Part shown: positions 1 to 11,395 of the stretch, one piece after another | How positions within the stretch are numbered: position 1 is the first letter of the stretch | Layout of the letters: each line of letters begins with the position of its first letter | Assembly: GCF_001194135.2 (NCBI RefSeq) | Contig: NC_068982.1 | Coordinates: forward strand, 66,865,200 to 66,929,199 | Direction: 5' to 3' | DNA length: 64,000 nucleotides | DNA from: Octopus bimaculoides | Taxonomy: Eukaryota | Notes under the pieces: model-generated | The model's input: only the letters and a program-made list of their open reading frames with translations | Databases searched by the model: none | What the model was told of the DNA's origin: nothing | Translations under genes and position numbers: made by a program

Positions 1-325
1 AATAGAGAGAGAGAGAGGAGAATAGAGAGAGAGAGAGGAGAATAGAGAGAGAGAGAGGAGAATAGAGAGAGAGAGAGGAGAATAGAGAGAGAGAGGAGAA
101 TAGAGAGAGAGAGAGTGAAGGGTGGGGTTGACAGAGAGAAAGAGTTTGAGAAAGTGGGAGGGAGAGAGAGAGGAGAGTCAATGAGTAAGAGAGTAAGAGA
201 GGGAGGAATGTGACAGGAGAGAGAGAATGAGCAAGTGAGTAGAAGGCAATGTGTAAAAAGAGAAAGTGAGAGAGATCGACCTACAAGAAGGAAGTGAGAG
301 AGAGAGAGTGAGACTGAGAGAGGGC
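1..325. repeat. Compound (GA)n microsatellite with a ~20-bp AATAGAGAGAGAGAGAGGAG higher-order unit at the start
   Basis: Five near-identical units in 1-115, then degenerate GA-rich sequence. Confidence 0.9.
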
Positions 326-1169
326 GGTGCTTTTTATGCTTCACTTGGGACTAAGAGGAGGAGGAGTAGTTAGGAAACACGGAACAAAGAAGGAAAGAAA
401 CAAGCATAGTAGTAATAATGTGTGTGTGTGTGTGTGTGTGTGTGAAGAGAGGATCGGGTGTATGTGTGTGTGCATAAGTGCATGTGCATGTGTATGTATA
501 TGTATTACTGTATGTTCATATGTGTGTATATGTATATGTATACATGTGTGTATGTGTGTATACATGACCACATGTGTATGTGTGTGTCAATGGAAATCTG
601 TGAGATGACAGCTAGAAAGAAGGTAGTGGCACAATGGACAGGAATTACTGAAGTATGGTGGGATAGTATCAGAGGTGAGCTAATGATCAATGAGGTAATT
701 GGATGGAGGGGGGGGGAGAAAAAGGGAGGTGGAGGGGTTAAAAGATAGTTTTAGGTGTTGATCAGTGTGTGTTTGCAGGTGACAGAGGAGGGTGGGGAAC
801 ATAAAAGTTAAGTGTCAGGAGATTTCTGAATGAATGAATGAATNNNNNNNNNNNNNNNNNNNNNNNNNNNNNNNNNNNNNNNNNNNNNNNNNNNNNNNNN
901 NNNNNNNNNNNNNNNNNNNNNNNNNNNNNNNNNNNNNNNNNNNNNNNNNNNNNNNNNNNNNNNNNNNNNNNNNNNNNNNNNNNNNNNNNNNNNNNNNNNN
1001 NNNNNNNNNNNNNNNNNNNNNNNNNNNNNNNNNNNNNNNNNNNNNNNNNNNNNNNNNNNNNNNNNNNNNNNNNNNNNNNNNNNNNNNNNNNNNNNNNNNN
1101 NNNNNNNNNNNNNNNNNNNNNNNNNNNNNNNNNNNNNNNNNNNNNNNNNNNNNNNNNNNNNNNNNNNNN

Positions 1170-1430
1170 AAGTTACAGGGACGTAAACACACCACCATCG
1201 GTTGTCAAGCGATGTTGGGGGGACAAACACAGACACACAAACATACACACACATATATATATACATATATATACGACGGGCTTCTTTCAGTTTCCGTCTA
1301 CCAAATCCACTCACAAGGCTTTGGTCGGCCCGAGGCTATAGTAGAAGACACTTGCCCAAGGTGCCACGCAGTGGGACTGAACCCAGAACCATGTGGTTGG
1401 TAAGCAAGCTACTTCCCACACAGCCACTCC
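1170..1430 (-). mobile_element. tRNA-derived SINE family A (head plus internal microsatellite; distal arm runs into gap)
   Basis: Reverse complement reads GGAGTGGCTGTGTGGGAAG..GGTTCTGGGTTCAGTCCC (A/B-box-like), then GGCAAGTGTCTTCTACTATAGCC..GAAAGAAGCCCGTCG, shared with over 12 copies in the window. Confidence 0.9.
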
Positions 1431-1599
1431 TATATATATATATATATATATATATACATACATATATATATACATATCAAAAAAAGCAACACGGATTTTA
1501 AAGATGATTGCAGTACACACGTTTCATGCTACTCCATTTATTTAAGTAATGCATGCATTACATTATATATATATATAGATAAACTCAGGCATGACTATA

Positions 1600-1950
1600 G
1601 GCATAAGCAGTGTTGTGTAGTAAGAAATTCGCTTCCAGGTCAAGTGCCTTCTACTATAGCCTTGGACTAACCAAAGCCTTGAGGGTGAATTTGGTAGATG
1701 GAAACTGAAAGAAGCCCATCATGTGTGTGTGTGTGAATGTGCTTGTTTGTCCTCATCACTGGTTGACAACCAGTGTTGGTGTGTTTACATCCTTGTAACT
1801 TAGTGGTTAGGCAAAAATGACTGATAAAATAAGCATCAGATTTAAAAAAAATAAAAGAAGTACTGAGGTCAATTCATTCTACTAAAATTCTCCAAGGTGT
1901 TGCCCCAGCATGGCTGCAGTCTAATGACAAAAACAAGTAAAAGATAAAAG
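1600..1950 (+). mobile_element. SINE family A, diverged copy
   Basis: Same left arm, (TG)n centre and right arm ending GCAGTCTAATGAC..GTAAAAGATAAAAG. Confidence 0.8.
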
Positions 1951-1979
1951 GGAAAAATGAGTTATACCTGTATTTCAAA

Positions 1980-2125
1980 AGGTCAGCCTTGTCATGCTGA
2001 ATCTCTGTAAGAATTACGTTACATTAAGGATACATGTATCCTTGGAGTGCTCTACCACTTGCATGTCAATTTCATGAGCAGACCGTTCCAGCACTCATCA
2101 CCATAGCCGACAGAGTGCCAGTATA
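1980..2125 (+). mobile_element. SINE family B 3' fragment
   Basis: Matches the tail of the complete copy at 25182-25549 (AAGGGTCAGCCTTGTCA..GGAGTGCTCAGCCACTTGCA). Confidence 0.7.
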
Positions 2126-2140
2126 ATATATACATATATA

Positions 2141-2473
2141 GGCGCAGGAGTGGCTGTGTGGTAAGAAGCTTGCTTCCCAACTACATGGTTCCAAGTTCAA
2201 TCCTACTGCTTGGCACCTCGGGCAAGTGTCTTCTACTATAGCTTTGGGCTGACCAAAGCCTTGTGAGTGGATTTGGTAGAAGGAAACTGAAAAAGCCCAT
2301 CGTATGTATGTATATATATGTATATATATATATATATTTATGTGGGTGTCTCTGTTTGTCCCCCCCCCCACCATCGCTTAACAACCGATGTCGGTATGTT
2401 TATGTCCCCATAACTTAGCAGTTTGGCAAAAGAGACCAATCAAATAAGTACCAAGCTTACAAAGAATAAGTCC
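2141..2473 (+). mobile_element. SINE family A
   Basis: Begins GGCGCAGGAGTGGCTGTGTGGTAAGAAG; internal (TA)n; right arm to AATAAGTCC. Confidence 0.9.
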
Positions 2474-2624
2474 ATCGAACTAACATGGTAAACCAACACA
2501 GTCGAACTAACACCCGTCAACAATGCCTGCCTGAGAGTTCACTCAGTTCTTATTTATTGTAACTGGTTAGTCCACCTTCAGTCAAGTGGGGGTGTTCAGG
2601 ATTCTCCCACAACACACACTTAGA

Positions 2625-3530
2625 ACTACAGTCTAAGTATGGATTTACAGTCTAAATCTGTAGTCATGTCATAGATTTATAGTAGTATCATAGCTACATA
2701 CTCATGCATATCCCTATCTATAGTTAAATCATAGGTTCATATTCATTATATAGATCTATGAGGATGTCAGATTCAAAGTCAAATCATAGATTAATAATGC
2801 TATCATAGGTTTGCAGTTCAGTCACAACCTTAGATTTATAGTCATGTCATAAATCTACAGTCATCACATAGATCATACTCATGTCACTGATTAAAAATCT
2901 TGATATAGATTCATAGTCAAATCTAAGATTCATAACCAGGTCAGGGATTTATAATAATACTGTCATAGATTCAGTCATAAAGATTCATAGTTATGATATA
3001 AATTCCAGTGGCATATGGTGGTTGTTGTATTGGGTGTGCTGCCACACTCAATGCCACCAAATTTTAAGCAGGGGTATAACAAAAGTTTTCCATTAAGATT
3101 TGTAATTAAATTTATGAGTAAAGTTAATATTTATAATGAATTTGCCATTTTTGATGGGTGCAGTGCACACCTAGCACACCTGGAATATATACTCGATAGA
3201 TTCATAGTTACAGTGTCACAGATGTATAGTCTTAATTACATCAGATTCATATTGATTTAGAACCATTTTACAGTCATAGTCATGTCATAGAGCTATAGTT
3301 ATGTCATAGATCCACCATCACATTATAGATTCATTGTGTGTATCATAGATATACAGTCACATCAGATTCATAGATCCATAACCTTCTCAAAGAACGATGT
3401 CAGATTCATAGCTATGACATATTCATAGTCATATCACAAATCCATAGTCATTTCAGAGACTCATTGACATGTCAAATTTATCACAATAACATAGATTTAT
3501 AGTTATGTTATAGTTTCAAAGTTCTCATAT
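2625..3530. repeat. Degenerate ~18-19-bp minisatellite (approx. ATAGATTYATAGTCATGTC), interrupted at 3006-3195
   Basis: Recurrent TAGTCATGTCATAGATTTAT-like units (e.g. 2661-2680, ~2830-2860, ~3275-3312, ~3490-3513). Confidence 0.7.
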
Positions 3531-3767
3531 ATATTTTGATCATGCTTCTCTTCTCTATTGCAGAAACACTATTACAGAACAATTTTATACTAAGTAAACT
3601 GAGTTATGCTATAATAAAACAAGTGAACAAATTTAATGTACTTGCTCATGGTTACATCAAACACAATCTGACTGATAATTTATATCTAATTAATAAGAAT
3701 TGACTGCTTGATGTGTCAAATGATAATAGAGACGTGGGACTAAATAATTTACAGCATCCAAACCTTT

Positions 3768-3910
3768 TTGTTAGCATATTTCAGTTGAGATACACTATTT
3801 TTGTTCAATTAAGTTTGAAAATAATGAAGACTTTAGTAAAATAATTTTGTCATCATTAAAACAGGAAGCTGGTATTATCAACTCAGAAGCAGTCTCAGGC
3901 AGGTGGGTAT
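3768..3910 (+). mobile_element. MITE family H (TTAA-CCCTT ends, piggyBac-like), internally deleted copy
   Basis: Homologous to 23062-23733 and 58785-58900 in the opposite orientation (TTTGAAAATAATGAAGA..TAGTAAAATAA). Confidence 0.6.
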
Positions 3911-4390
3911 AACAATAACAATAATAATTCTTTCTACTAAAGGTATAAGGCCTGAAATTTGGGGGAGGGGGTAAGTCAATTACATCAACTCCAATGTTTC
4001 ACTGGTACTTAATTTATCAACCCTGAAAGGCTGAAAGGCAAAGTCGACCTCAGTAGAATTTGAAATCAGAACATAGCAACAGACAAAATACCACTAAGCA
4101 ATTCGCAAGGCATGCTAACGGTTCTGCCAGCGTGCTACCTTAAAATGATAATGATAATAATAATAATAATAATCCTTTCTACTTAAGGCATAAGGCCTGA
4201 AATTTTGTGTAAGGGAAGGAGTCGATAACATCGACCCTAGTACGCAAGTGGTACTTAATTTATTGCTACCGAAACAATGAATGGCAAAGTCGACCTTGGC
4301 AGAATTTGAACTCAGAACATAGTGATGAGTGAAATACAGCTAGGCTTTTCATCCAGCGTGCTAATGATTCTGCCAGCTTGCTGCCTTAAT
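3908..4390 (-). mobile_element. Two tandem copies of tRNA-derived SINE family C
   Basis: Each has head AAGGCRGCRAGCTGGCAGAA..GAGTTCAAATTC (B box), central GACTTTGCCTTTCATCC..GATAAATTAAGTACCA and a (TTA)n tail. Confidence 0.85.
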
Positions 4391-4678
4391 AATAATAATA
4401 ATGATGATGAAGATGAACTGTATTGTATACAGTGCTTAGGTGCACAGTTTGTCAGATAATGTTAAATGAGGGGACAAAAAGCTGACATATAAATCAAGCA
4501 AAGAAGACAGCAACAATGAAAGCTAGAAGTGCAATGGAAGCAAGTAGGCTAAAAGCTAGGGTTAGCTGTCTCATGGATCTGAGTTCAAATTCTGTGGCAG
4601 ACAACTTTGACTTTCACCTCTATGGGACTATTAAAACAAACTACAGAAGTATACCGGTCTTGATAATCAATTACAATC

Positions 4679-7216
4679 ATCATCATCAATCTTTATCATC
4701 ATTTATTGTCCGCTTTCCATGCTAGCAAGGGTTGGACGATTTGACTGAGGTCTGGCGAACCAGATGGCTGCACCAACCTGCTGAGGGCCACTGACCAGAC
4801 CTGTGAATGGTGCAAAGTCCCCTCTTGGCCCAAAATAACATAGTGGTGGAACAATGCTGTTGACAGGGCTATTAGAGAAAAGAAACAGGCTTGGAAGAAC
4901 TGGAAGAATGGTGGCAGCAGGGAATTGCATCAGACTGCTAGAAGGGAAGCTAGGTGACAGGTTTATTTAGCCAGAGGGGAAGCAGATAAGAAAAAATTTG
5001 CCAATGTTCTGAGGACCAAAGACGTGAGGTATTTCGTGATGCAAGACAGTGTGTGAGAGAGAATCGTGATGTCATAGAAGAGAAATGTGTCCGCATGGAT
5101 GATGGTTCACTTGCACTAAACAAGGCTGCAAAGAGAGAGGTCTGGAGATGCCACTATGAAAGGTTGCTCAATAAAGAGAATGAATGGGAAAAAGAGAGTC
5201 TGCTAAATGTCGACCCAACAGAGGGACCAGCTATCCGAGTTGACAGTACCATGTTAGATAAAGCAATTAAGAGTATGAAGACAGGGAAAGCCCCCGGCCC
5301 ATCAGGAATCACTGCAGAGATGCTCAAAATATCTGNNNNNNNNNNCTGCGACAAAGGTAAAGGTGACGCTTTAAATACAAATAATTACAGAGGTATCAAG
5401 TTGTTAGATCAGGTAATGAAGGTCACGGCGAGGGTCATAGCCCAACTAATTAGGGAGCGAGTCAGTTTAGATGAAATGCAGTTTGGGTTCGTGCCAGGGA
5501 AAAGTACCACTGATGCTATATTTCTGGTAAGACAGCTGCAAGAGAAATACCTAGCCAAGGATAAACCTCTGTACTTGGCTTTCATTGACATGGAGAAAGC
5601 CTTTGACAGGGTCCCCCAATCCCTTATCTGGTGGTCAATGACGAAACTAGGGATAGATGAAGGGTTAGCTGTGAGAGTTGTGCAGGCCATATACAGGGAC
5701 GCTGTCAGTAAGGTGAGGGTTGGCAACAAGTACAATGAAGAATTCTGAGTAGAGGTAGGAGTGCACCAAGATTCAGTCCTCAGCCCCCTCCTATTTATCA
5801 TAGTCCTCCAGGCAATAACAGAGGAATTCAAGACAGGATGCCCCTGGGAGCTCCTCTGTGCTGACGACTATCAGACAACTAATTGCTAAGTCACTATCAG
5901 AACTAGAGGAGAAGTTTCAGGTGTGGAAACAAGGATTAGAATTGAAGGGCCGTAGAGTCAACCTAGTTAAAGCCAAAGTCCTAATAAGTAGGAATGCAGA
6001 CAAACCACAAATCTCTTCAGGTAGATAGCCCTGCTCGATCTGTAGAAAAGGCATAGGTAGAAACTCTAAAAGATGTACCCAGTGTAAGCTATGGACACAC
6101 AAGAGGTGCAGCAACATCAAAGGAAGGCTAAATGGGAAGATGGTTTTTGTATGTAGCAGATGCTCAGGAGCAATAAACACTGAAAATGTGCAGAGAACAA
6201 CTTCCATCACATTCCAGTGAGAAAAAGTAGAAGTAGTTGATAGTTTCCGTTACCTAGGTGACCAAGTCAGTAGCCGGAGAGGGGGGCACTGAAAGTGTAG
6301 CTGCTAGAATAAGACTAGCCTGGGCAAAGTTCAGAGAGCTCTTACCTCTGCTGGTGACAAGGGGCCTCTCACTCAGAGTAAAAGGCAGACTGTATGACGC
6401 ATGTGTACGAACAGCTATGCTACATGGCAGTGAAACATGGGCCGTGACTGCTGAGGACATGCGTAAGCTTGCAAGAAACAAATCCAGTAGGCTCCGATGG
6501 ATGTGTAATGTCAGTGTGCATACTCGACAGAGTGTAAGTACCTTAAGAGAAGAGTTAGACCTAAGAAGCATCAGATGTGGTGTGCAAGAGTATGGCCATG
6601 TGGTGAGAATGGATGAGGATAGGTGTGTGAAAAAGTGCCACATCTTAGCGGTTGAGGGAACCTGTGGAAGAGGTAGACCCAGGAAGACCTGGGATGAGGT
6701 GGTGAAGCATGACCTTCGAACATTAGGCCTCACCGAGGCAATGACTAGTGACCAAGACCTTAGGAAATATGCAGTGCGTGAGAAGACCCAGCAAGCCAAG
6801 TGAGACCATAACCCGTGACCTATGCCAGGGGTGTAACCAGCCCACTTATGCTTACCTTTCCTTCATTGGACACTAAACTCTGCTTGCGAAGACCTGTTGA
6901 GTCAAGTGAAATCGAAATCAAATGAAATTCGCAAATGTGATGACTGGCACCCGTGCCAATGAAGCACTAAGAGCACCATCTAAGTATGATCGCTGCCAGA
7001 ACAGCTGACTGGCTTCCATGCCAGTGGCACGTAAAAAGCACCATTCGAATGTGATCGTTACCAGCATTGCCTTACTGGCACATGAAAAAATATTCGAGCG
7101 AGGTCATTGCCAGTGCCGCTGGACTGGCTCCTGTGCAAGTGGCATATAAAAAACACCACTTGAGCGTGGCTGTTGCCAGTACTGCCTGACTGGCCCTCAT
7201 GCCGGTGGCACGTAAA
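4679..7216. mobile_element. RTE-clade non-LTR retrotransposon insertion with an inverted 5' part and 14-bp TSD
   Basis: 3' terminus plus (GAT)n tail on minus at 4679-4775; ORF2 and 3' UTR on plus at 4776-7216; AATCAATTACAATC at 4665-4678 and 7217-7230. Confidence 0.85.
4776..6803 (+). pseudogene. Disrupted RTE ORF2: reverse transcriptase, Cys-rich segment and C-terminus
   Basis: KAPGPSGI, QFGFVPGKSTTDAIF, AFIDMEKAFDRVP, GVHQDSVLSPLLF, LLCADD (5851-5868, YADD equivalent), CSICRKG..C..C..HKRC, GRGRPRKTWDEVVK; several stops and frameshifts. Confidence 0.92.
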
Positions 7217-7934
7217 AATCAATTACAATCTATAGAAAAAATAAATGGGGGACATGTGGAATTGGAAATAATCATCATTAAGTTAGTTCAGTGATTCCTA
7301 AGTATTTATAAGTCTTGTGTTTTCTTCTAATTTTCTCTTTATTTCTTTTTCTCATTTAATATTCATTGATCAATTTTTCTCTTTTGACACAATTTTCAAA
7401 TCCAAGTTTTCATGCTGGAAATGGCTAATGTGTATAATTTACAACACATACCTTATGCTCATCCATATATGCACAATGCTTGATAGTCATCCTGAAGCAC
7501 TTCTATCCACATAGAGCCAAGGACAGGCTCTTGGAATATTCCTCTTCTGATAGGATTTTATCATTTTTTTTTGTCTATTGGTTAGAGTTGTGCAATTGCC
7601 TTTGATTTACTCATTTCATGCTTGAGGTTACTCTTTGTTTTTGGTGTTACTTCACTCATAGATAATGTTTTCAAAGTGCTTATGTAGAGAGCACTATCTA
7701 GAAATCAATCCATGCCAGGCTCAGGCCCTTCTTCCTTCTATAATTTTCCTTTATGGATTTATTGGTAGGTTAACTGATCCTTTACATCCATACAAGCATT
7801 TCCATTATCCACTTTGATTTTCTAGAAGCATGTTTACCTTGAAATCCCCCACCCCACCACCATCGCTGCTGCCACCAGGTGAGCATTTACTTTTTGTAAT
7901 AATATTATCTGTGAATACTATAGGATGCCAAAAG

Positions 7935-8150
7935 GTGACAAGCTGGAAGAATCATTAGCAAACCAGGTAAAATGCTTAGTGGCATTTTATTTGTCTTCAC
8001 ATTCTTAGTTCAAATTCCATCAAGGTTGACTTTGTCTTTCATCCTTTCAAGGGTCACTAAAATAAGTACCAGTTGAGCACTGGGATCAATGTAGTCAACT
8101 TACCCATCCCCCAAAATTGCTGGCCTTGTGCCAAAATTTGGAACCAGTAT
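7935..8150 (+). mobile_element. SINE family C
   Basis: AAGCTGGAAGAATCATTAGCA..AGTTCAAATTCC..CTTTCATCCTTTCAAGGGTC..AATAAGTACCAG. Confidence 0.8.
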
Positions 8151-9022
8151 TATAGGCTATAGGTTTTAGAGTTTCATCATTGCCACTGCCACTGCTACCA
8201 CCATTGCTGTTGTTACCGCCACCACCTCCACTGCTGCTACTGTTGTGCCACTGCTTCTGCCATGGCTACCATCATTGTTTTGAATGACCACTTTTTCCAT
8301 ACTTGAATGGGTTGGACAGAATTTGTTGAGGTAGATTTTCTACAGCAAGATGTTTTTTCTGTTGCCAAACTTCTCCTGTTTCCAAGCAAGATAACATTCC
8401 TCATGATCAGATATATTTCATGGAAGAGCGAAAACAAAAGACCACTTGTAAGATGGTGGCATTTCTTCAGTTTTGAGGTTTTGAGGAATAGGATGGTCAA
8501 TGTCTTGGTGAGTTATTCAAGTGTTATTTCTCACACTTCTAGGAAATTGTTAAATAATACCTTTGTAATTATTGATAGGTATTTTTTGCAATAAGAAGAA
8601 TGCATACATCAGCAAGAAAAAAATCTGAAACAAATATTCTTTCAGTGGAGTTCTCCATGCTATATCTGTTCTGCACTGAATTACAGACACTCCCTTATCA
8701 CTCTCATTGAGAAAAATGCAGTGAATCAGTGACAGGCTCATTAGAAACCTGTAATCAACAATGCAAACTTTTCACTACTTATGATAAAATTAAATAAATA
8801 ATTAAAGCAACAGTTTGGCAGATAGTGGTGAATTGGGTAAGTTATTAGGGACATTTGTTGCGTTTATTCCAACTCTTTGTACTCTAAGTTCAAATCACAC
8901 TATGGTTGACTCTACATTTAATCCCTTCAGGATCAATAATACAAATCCAAAGCAGTAGATTGGCAGAATTGTTAGAAAATCAGATGAGTTCATCCATTTT
9001 CCCATGTTAGCATGGGTTAGAA

Positions 9023-9540
9023 CAGAAGTCACCAAACTTTTTTAACCATTGAGCCCCTTTAGCCACTTCTTCCACCCTCCTCATTTAAAATATCTTAATA
9101 CCCTACCCTACCGTACCATATCTTAAATGCATATCAGGTATTTATGCTGGAAATTAAAATGTTAACTAAAATATACATGTACGACAAATTAAGAAATTCT
9201 ACTGAAGATGACACCCTTTTTACATTTAAAACAATGTGTATGAGTATACAGCATTAAACTTTTAATTTTTATGAAATTGTTTTCACGGTTAGAAAATGTG
9301 ACAAACGCGTCATATTACTGGAATATCTTTTATTGAAATTGACAACATCAATGTGAGGGATAAGCATGGTGAGCCTGAATCAAGGCATGATATCAGGCTG
9401 AATGTTGGTCAGTTTCAGTCTCAAATTGTCTCATTCCTCCAGGTTCAGATAATTCCTCTGTTTGCTGAGGATTGCGTTTGCATGGCTGAAGCCAGCTTCC
9501 ACCATGTAAGAGCTAACCGTTAGATGAAAATATATTAGGG
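9023..9540 (-). mobile_element. hAT (Charlie/Buster-like) transposon 3' end
   Basis: Minus translation 9512-9348 SYMVEAGFSHANAILSKQRNYLNLEE*DNLRLKLTNIQPDI..HHAYPSH* resembles the Buster-type C-terminal dimerisation region; terminus CAGAAGTCACCAAACTTTTTT at 9023. Confidence 0.7.
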
Positions 9541-9999
9541 AGGTAAGGTAAATTGTTCTAGACCATTGTATTCTGAGTTCTTTGGTGGTTACCAGGCAAC
9601 TTAATCTATTGTTTGGATTAACATCATCACTTGGTCCTTAAGTGCTTTCAGCAGAGTTCACTCTGTTGCAACATTAAGGTCTCTGGCTTGAGGCTAAGTT
9701 AAACTAGAGGCCTCATCTCTAGTATAAGACTGGTAAAAGGAAGGAAGAACAACTCCACCTTTCCTCCTACCACTCTTGAAGGCCCAGAAAACATAATGAG
9801 TCATGGATGCTAAACTTTCCTCTCTGAGTAAAAAATAAAATTTTAAAAAATGCACATCACTCATCCTTCTTCAACTTCAGCAAGTATAGCTTGGTGATGA
9901 ATAAGCTCCATTACATCGCCTTGTGATTGATACTCAAACTAAAGACTTAGATAATGAATCGTCATCTGTGTTATTGTGATCGTCATCATCATGTTTTAA

Positions 10000-10876
10000 C
10001 TCTTTAAGGTTGTGTATAGATAGCAAGTCTTACCATGCATTATGCAAAAATAAAAGAGAGAAAAAATACAAGATTTTAAAATTAAATTTTAATTACTACT
10101 TATGATTATATTTCAATAATCCTTGTATCAATGGAACACACAAAAGCATGCACCTAAGCAGAGACTGACTTTGCACTCAGGACACCAAGTTGTCACATAG
10201 CTTGCTTTCTTTCACTTTTCGTCATGGATTAGCAAATGCCCCTTTTTTGACCTTTTTTCTTGTTTCTGTACTTGGGACATAATCAGAATGGTGTCTTTCC
10301 ATTAGTCTGTCAAAACTGACCTTCCTGGTGCTGTATTTGGGAGTTTGCCATATTTGGCAAGCAATTGGTGTACTGTTTCTCTATGGAAATCTTTGAACAT
10401 CATGTGGTGAGCAGTTTTCATGAGGTACATGACAACATGACAACATCCATAATGTAAAAAAATAATTTTTTTGTACTATTTTACTCTTTTTCTAGCACAC
10501 TCAAGTGTTGCCCGCTGCATGTCTGATTTATCAACTAGGCGTATGTTAGTCATATAATCAATAGTACAGTCAGGCATTTTCACAATTTCCTTGGTTTTAT
10601 AATTTACTTTAGAACTGTTTACTATGTCTCCTTTGTGGAAAGTTGTGATCATTGTCACATCGCACTTATTAGCCCAATGTAATGTAAGAATGTTTCCACA
10701 TTTTCTTCTCTCAATGTCACCTGGCTTCTTCAATTTGGAAAACTTTGGCACATTTTTCCTGTTTTCCCTGAGAGTTCCACAAGTTCCAGCTTATAACAAA
10801 AATATGGCTTATGTACCACATCTATCTTCTTCACAATTTAGCAGTGTGTCAATAAACCACACATGACCTTGAAGGG
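10000..10876 (-). mobile_element. Internally deleted piggyBac element (3' part of the transposase)
   Basis: GTCGTLRENRKN..DKSDMQ..KWYKKLFF..C-terminal TTWCPECKVSLCLGACF; TTAA at 9996-9999 and 10877-10880; termini CTCTTTAAGGTTGTGT vs CCCTTCAAGGTCATGT (12/16). Confidence 0.8.
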
Positions 10877-10908
10877 TTAATGTCCACTTTCCTGTGTTTG
10901 CCTCTCTT

Positions 10909-10948
<40 letters not shown>

Positions 10949-11200
10949 AAGAATGAGGGTTTAGTTCACTTGTGATCTAAACAAATAGGTACACAGAGTA
11001 AGTGCTATAGTTTGTCGACCGTTAGGTTCCAAGATCACAGCTAAGGCTGGATCTAGGGATCCGTCATCAGAGACAAGGTATGAATATTTTAGACAGGGGA
11101 AATTTACAGTTTACAAGGAATAAAATAGAAGAATAAAGATAGAAGAATATAGGCAAGAGAATAATAATCACAACTCATCTTTAAAGATGATTCATACTTT

Positions 11201-11276
11201 GTCTCTGATGACGGAATGCCCAGTGTGTGGACATGCTAACCTACTACTTCAGTTAACCCAGAAACAGCTGTAAGAC
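11201..11276 (+). ncRNA. Type-I hammerhead-ribozyme-like motif in a Penelope-like terminal repeat
   Basis: GTCT-CTGATGA(11205-11211)-CGG..CCA-GAAACAGCTGT-A-AGAC; stem I GTCT/AGAC; palindromic stem III ACAGCTGT; stem II degenerate. Confidence 0.6.
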
Positions 11277-11357
11277 TCCGAATTCACCTTACCCTAATTA
11301 AATTATTCTAAATGACTTGAGATATTCATTTTGCCTTGGTTTTTTGATTTTTCCTCT

Positions 11358-11395
<38 letters not shown>

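Noticed and set aside
327-748. ORFs such as CVCVCV, HTHTHT and YIYIYI here and throughout the ORF track
   Set aside because: Translations of dinucleotide microsatellites; no coding signal
808-1403. Long ORFs spanning X runs (also 12832-13137, 14176-14688, 15548-16387)
   Set aside because: Open only because N gaps contain no stops
9443-9505. Apparent plus-strand exon VQIIPLFAEDCVCMAEASFHH with good AG/GTAAG signals
   Set aside because: It is the antisense of the hAT transposase C-terminus
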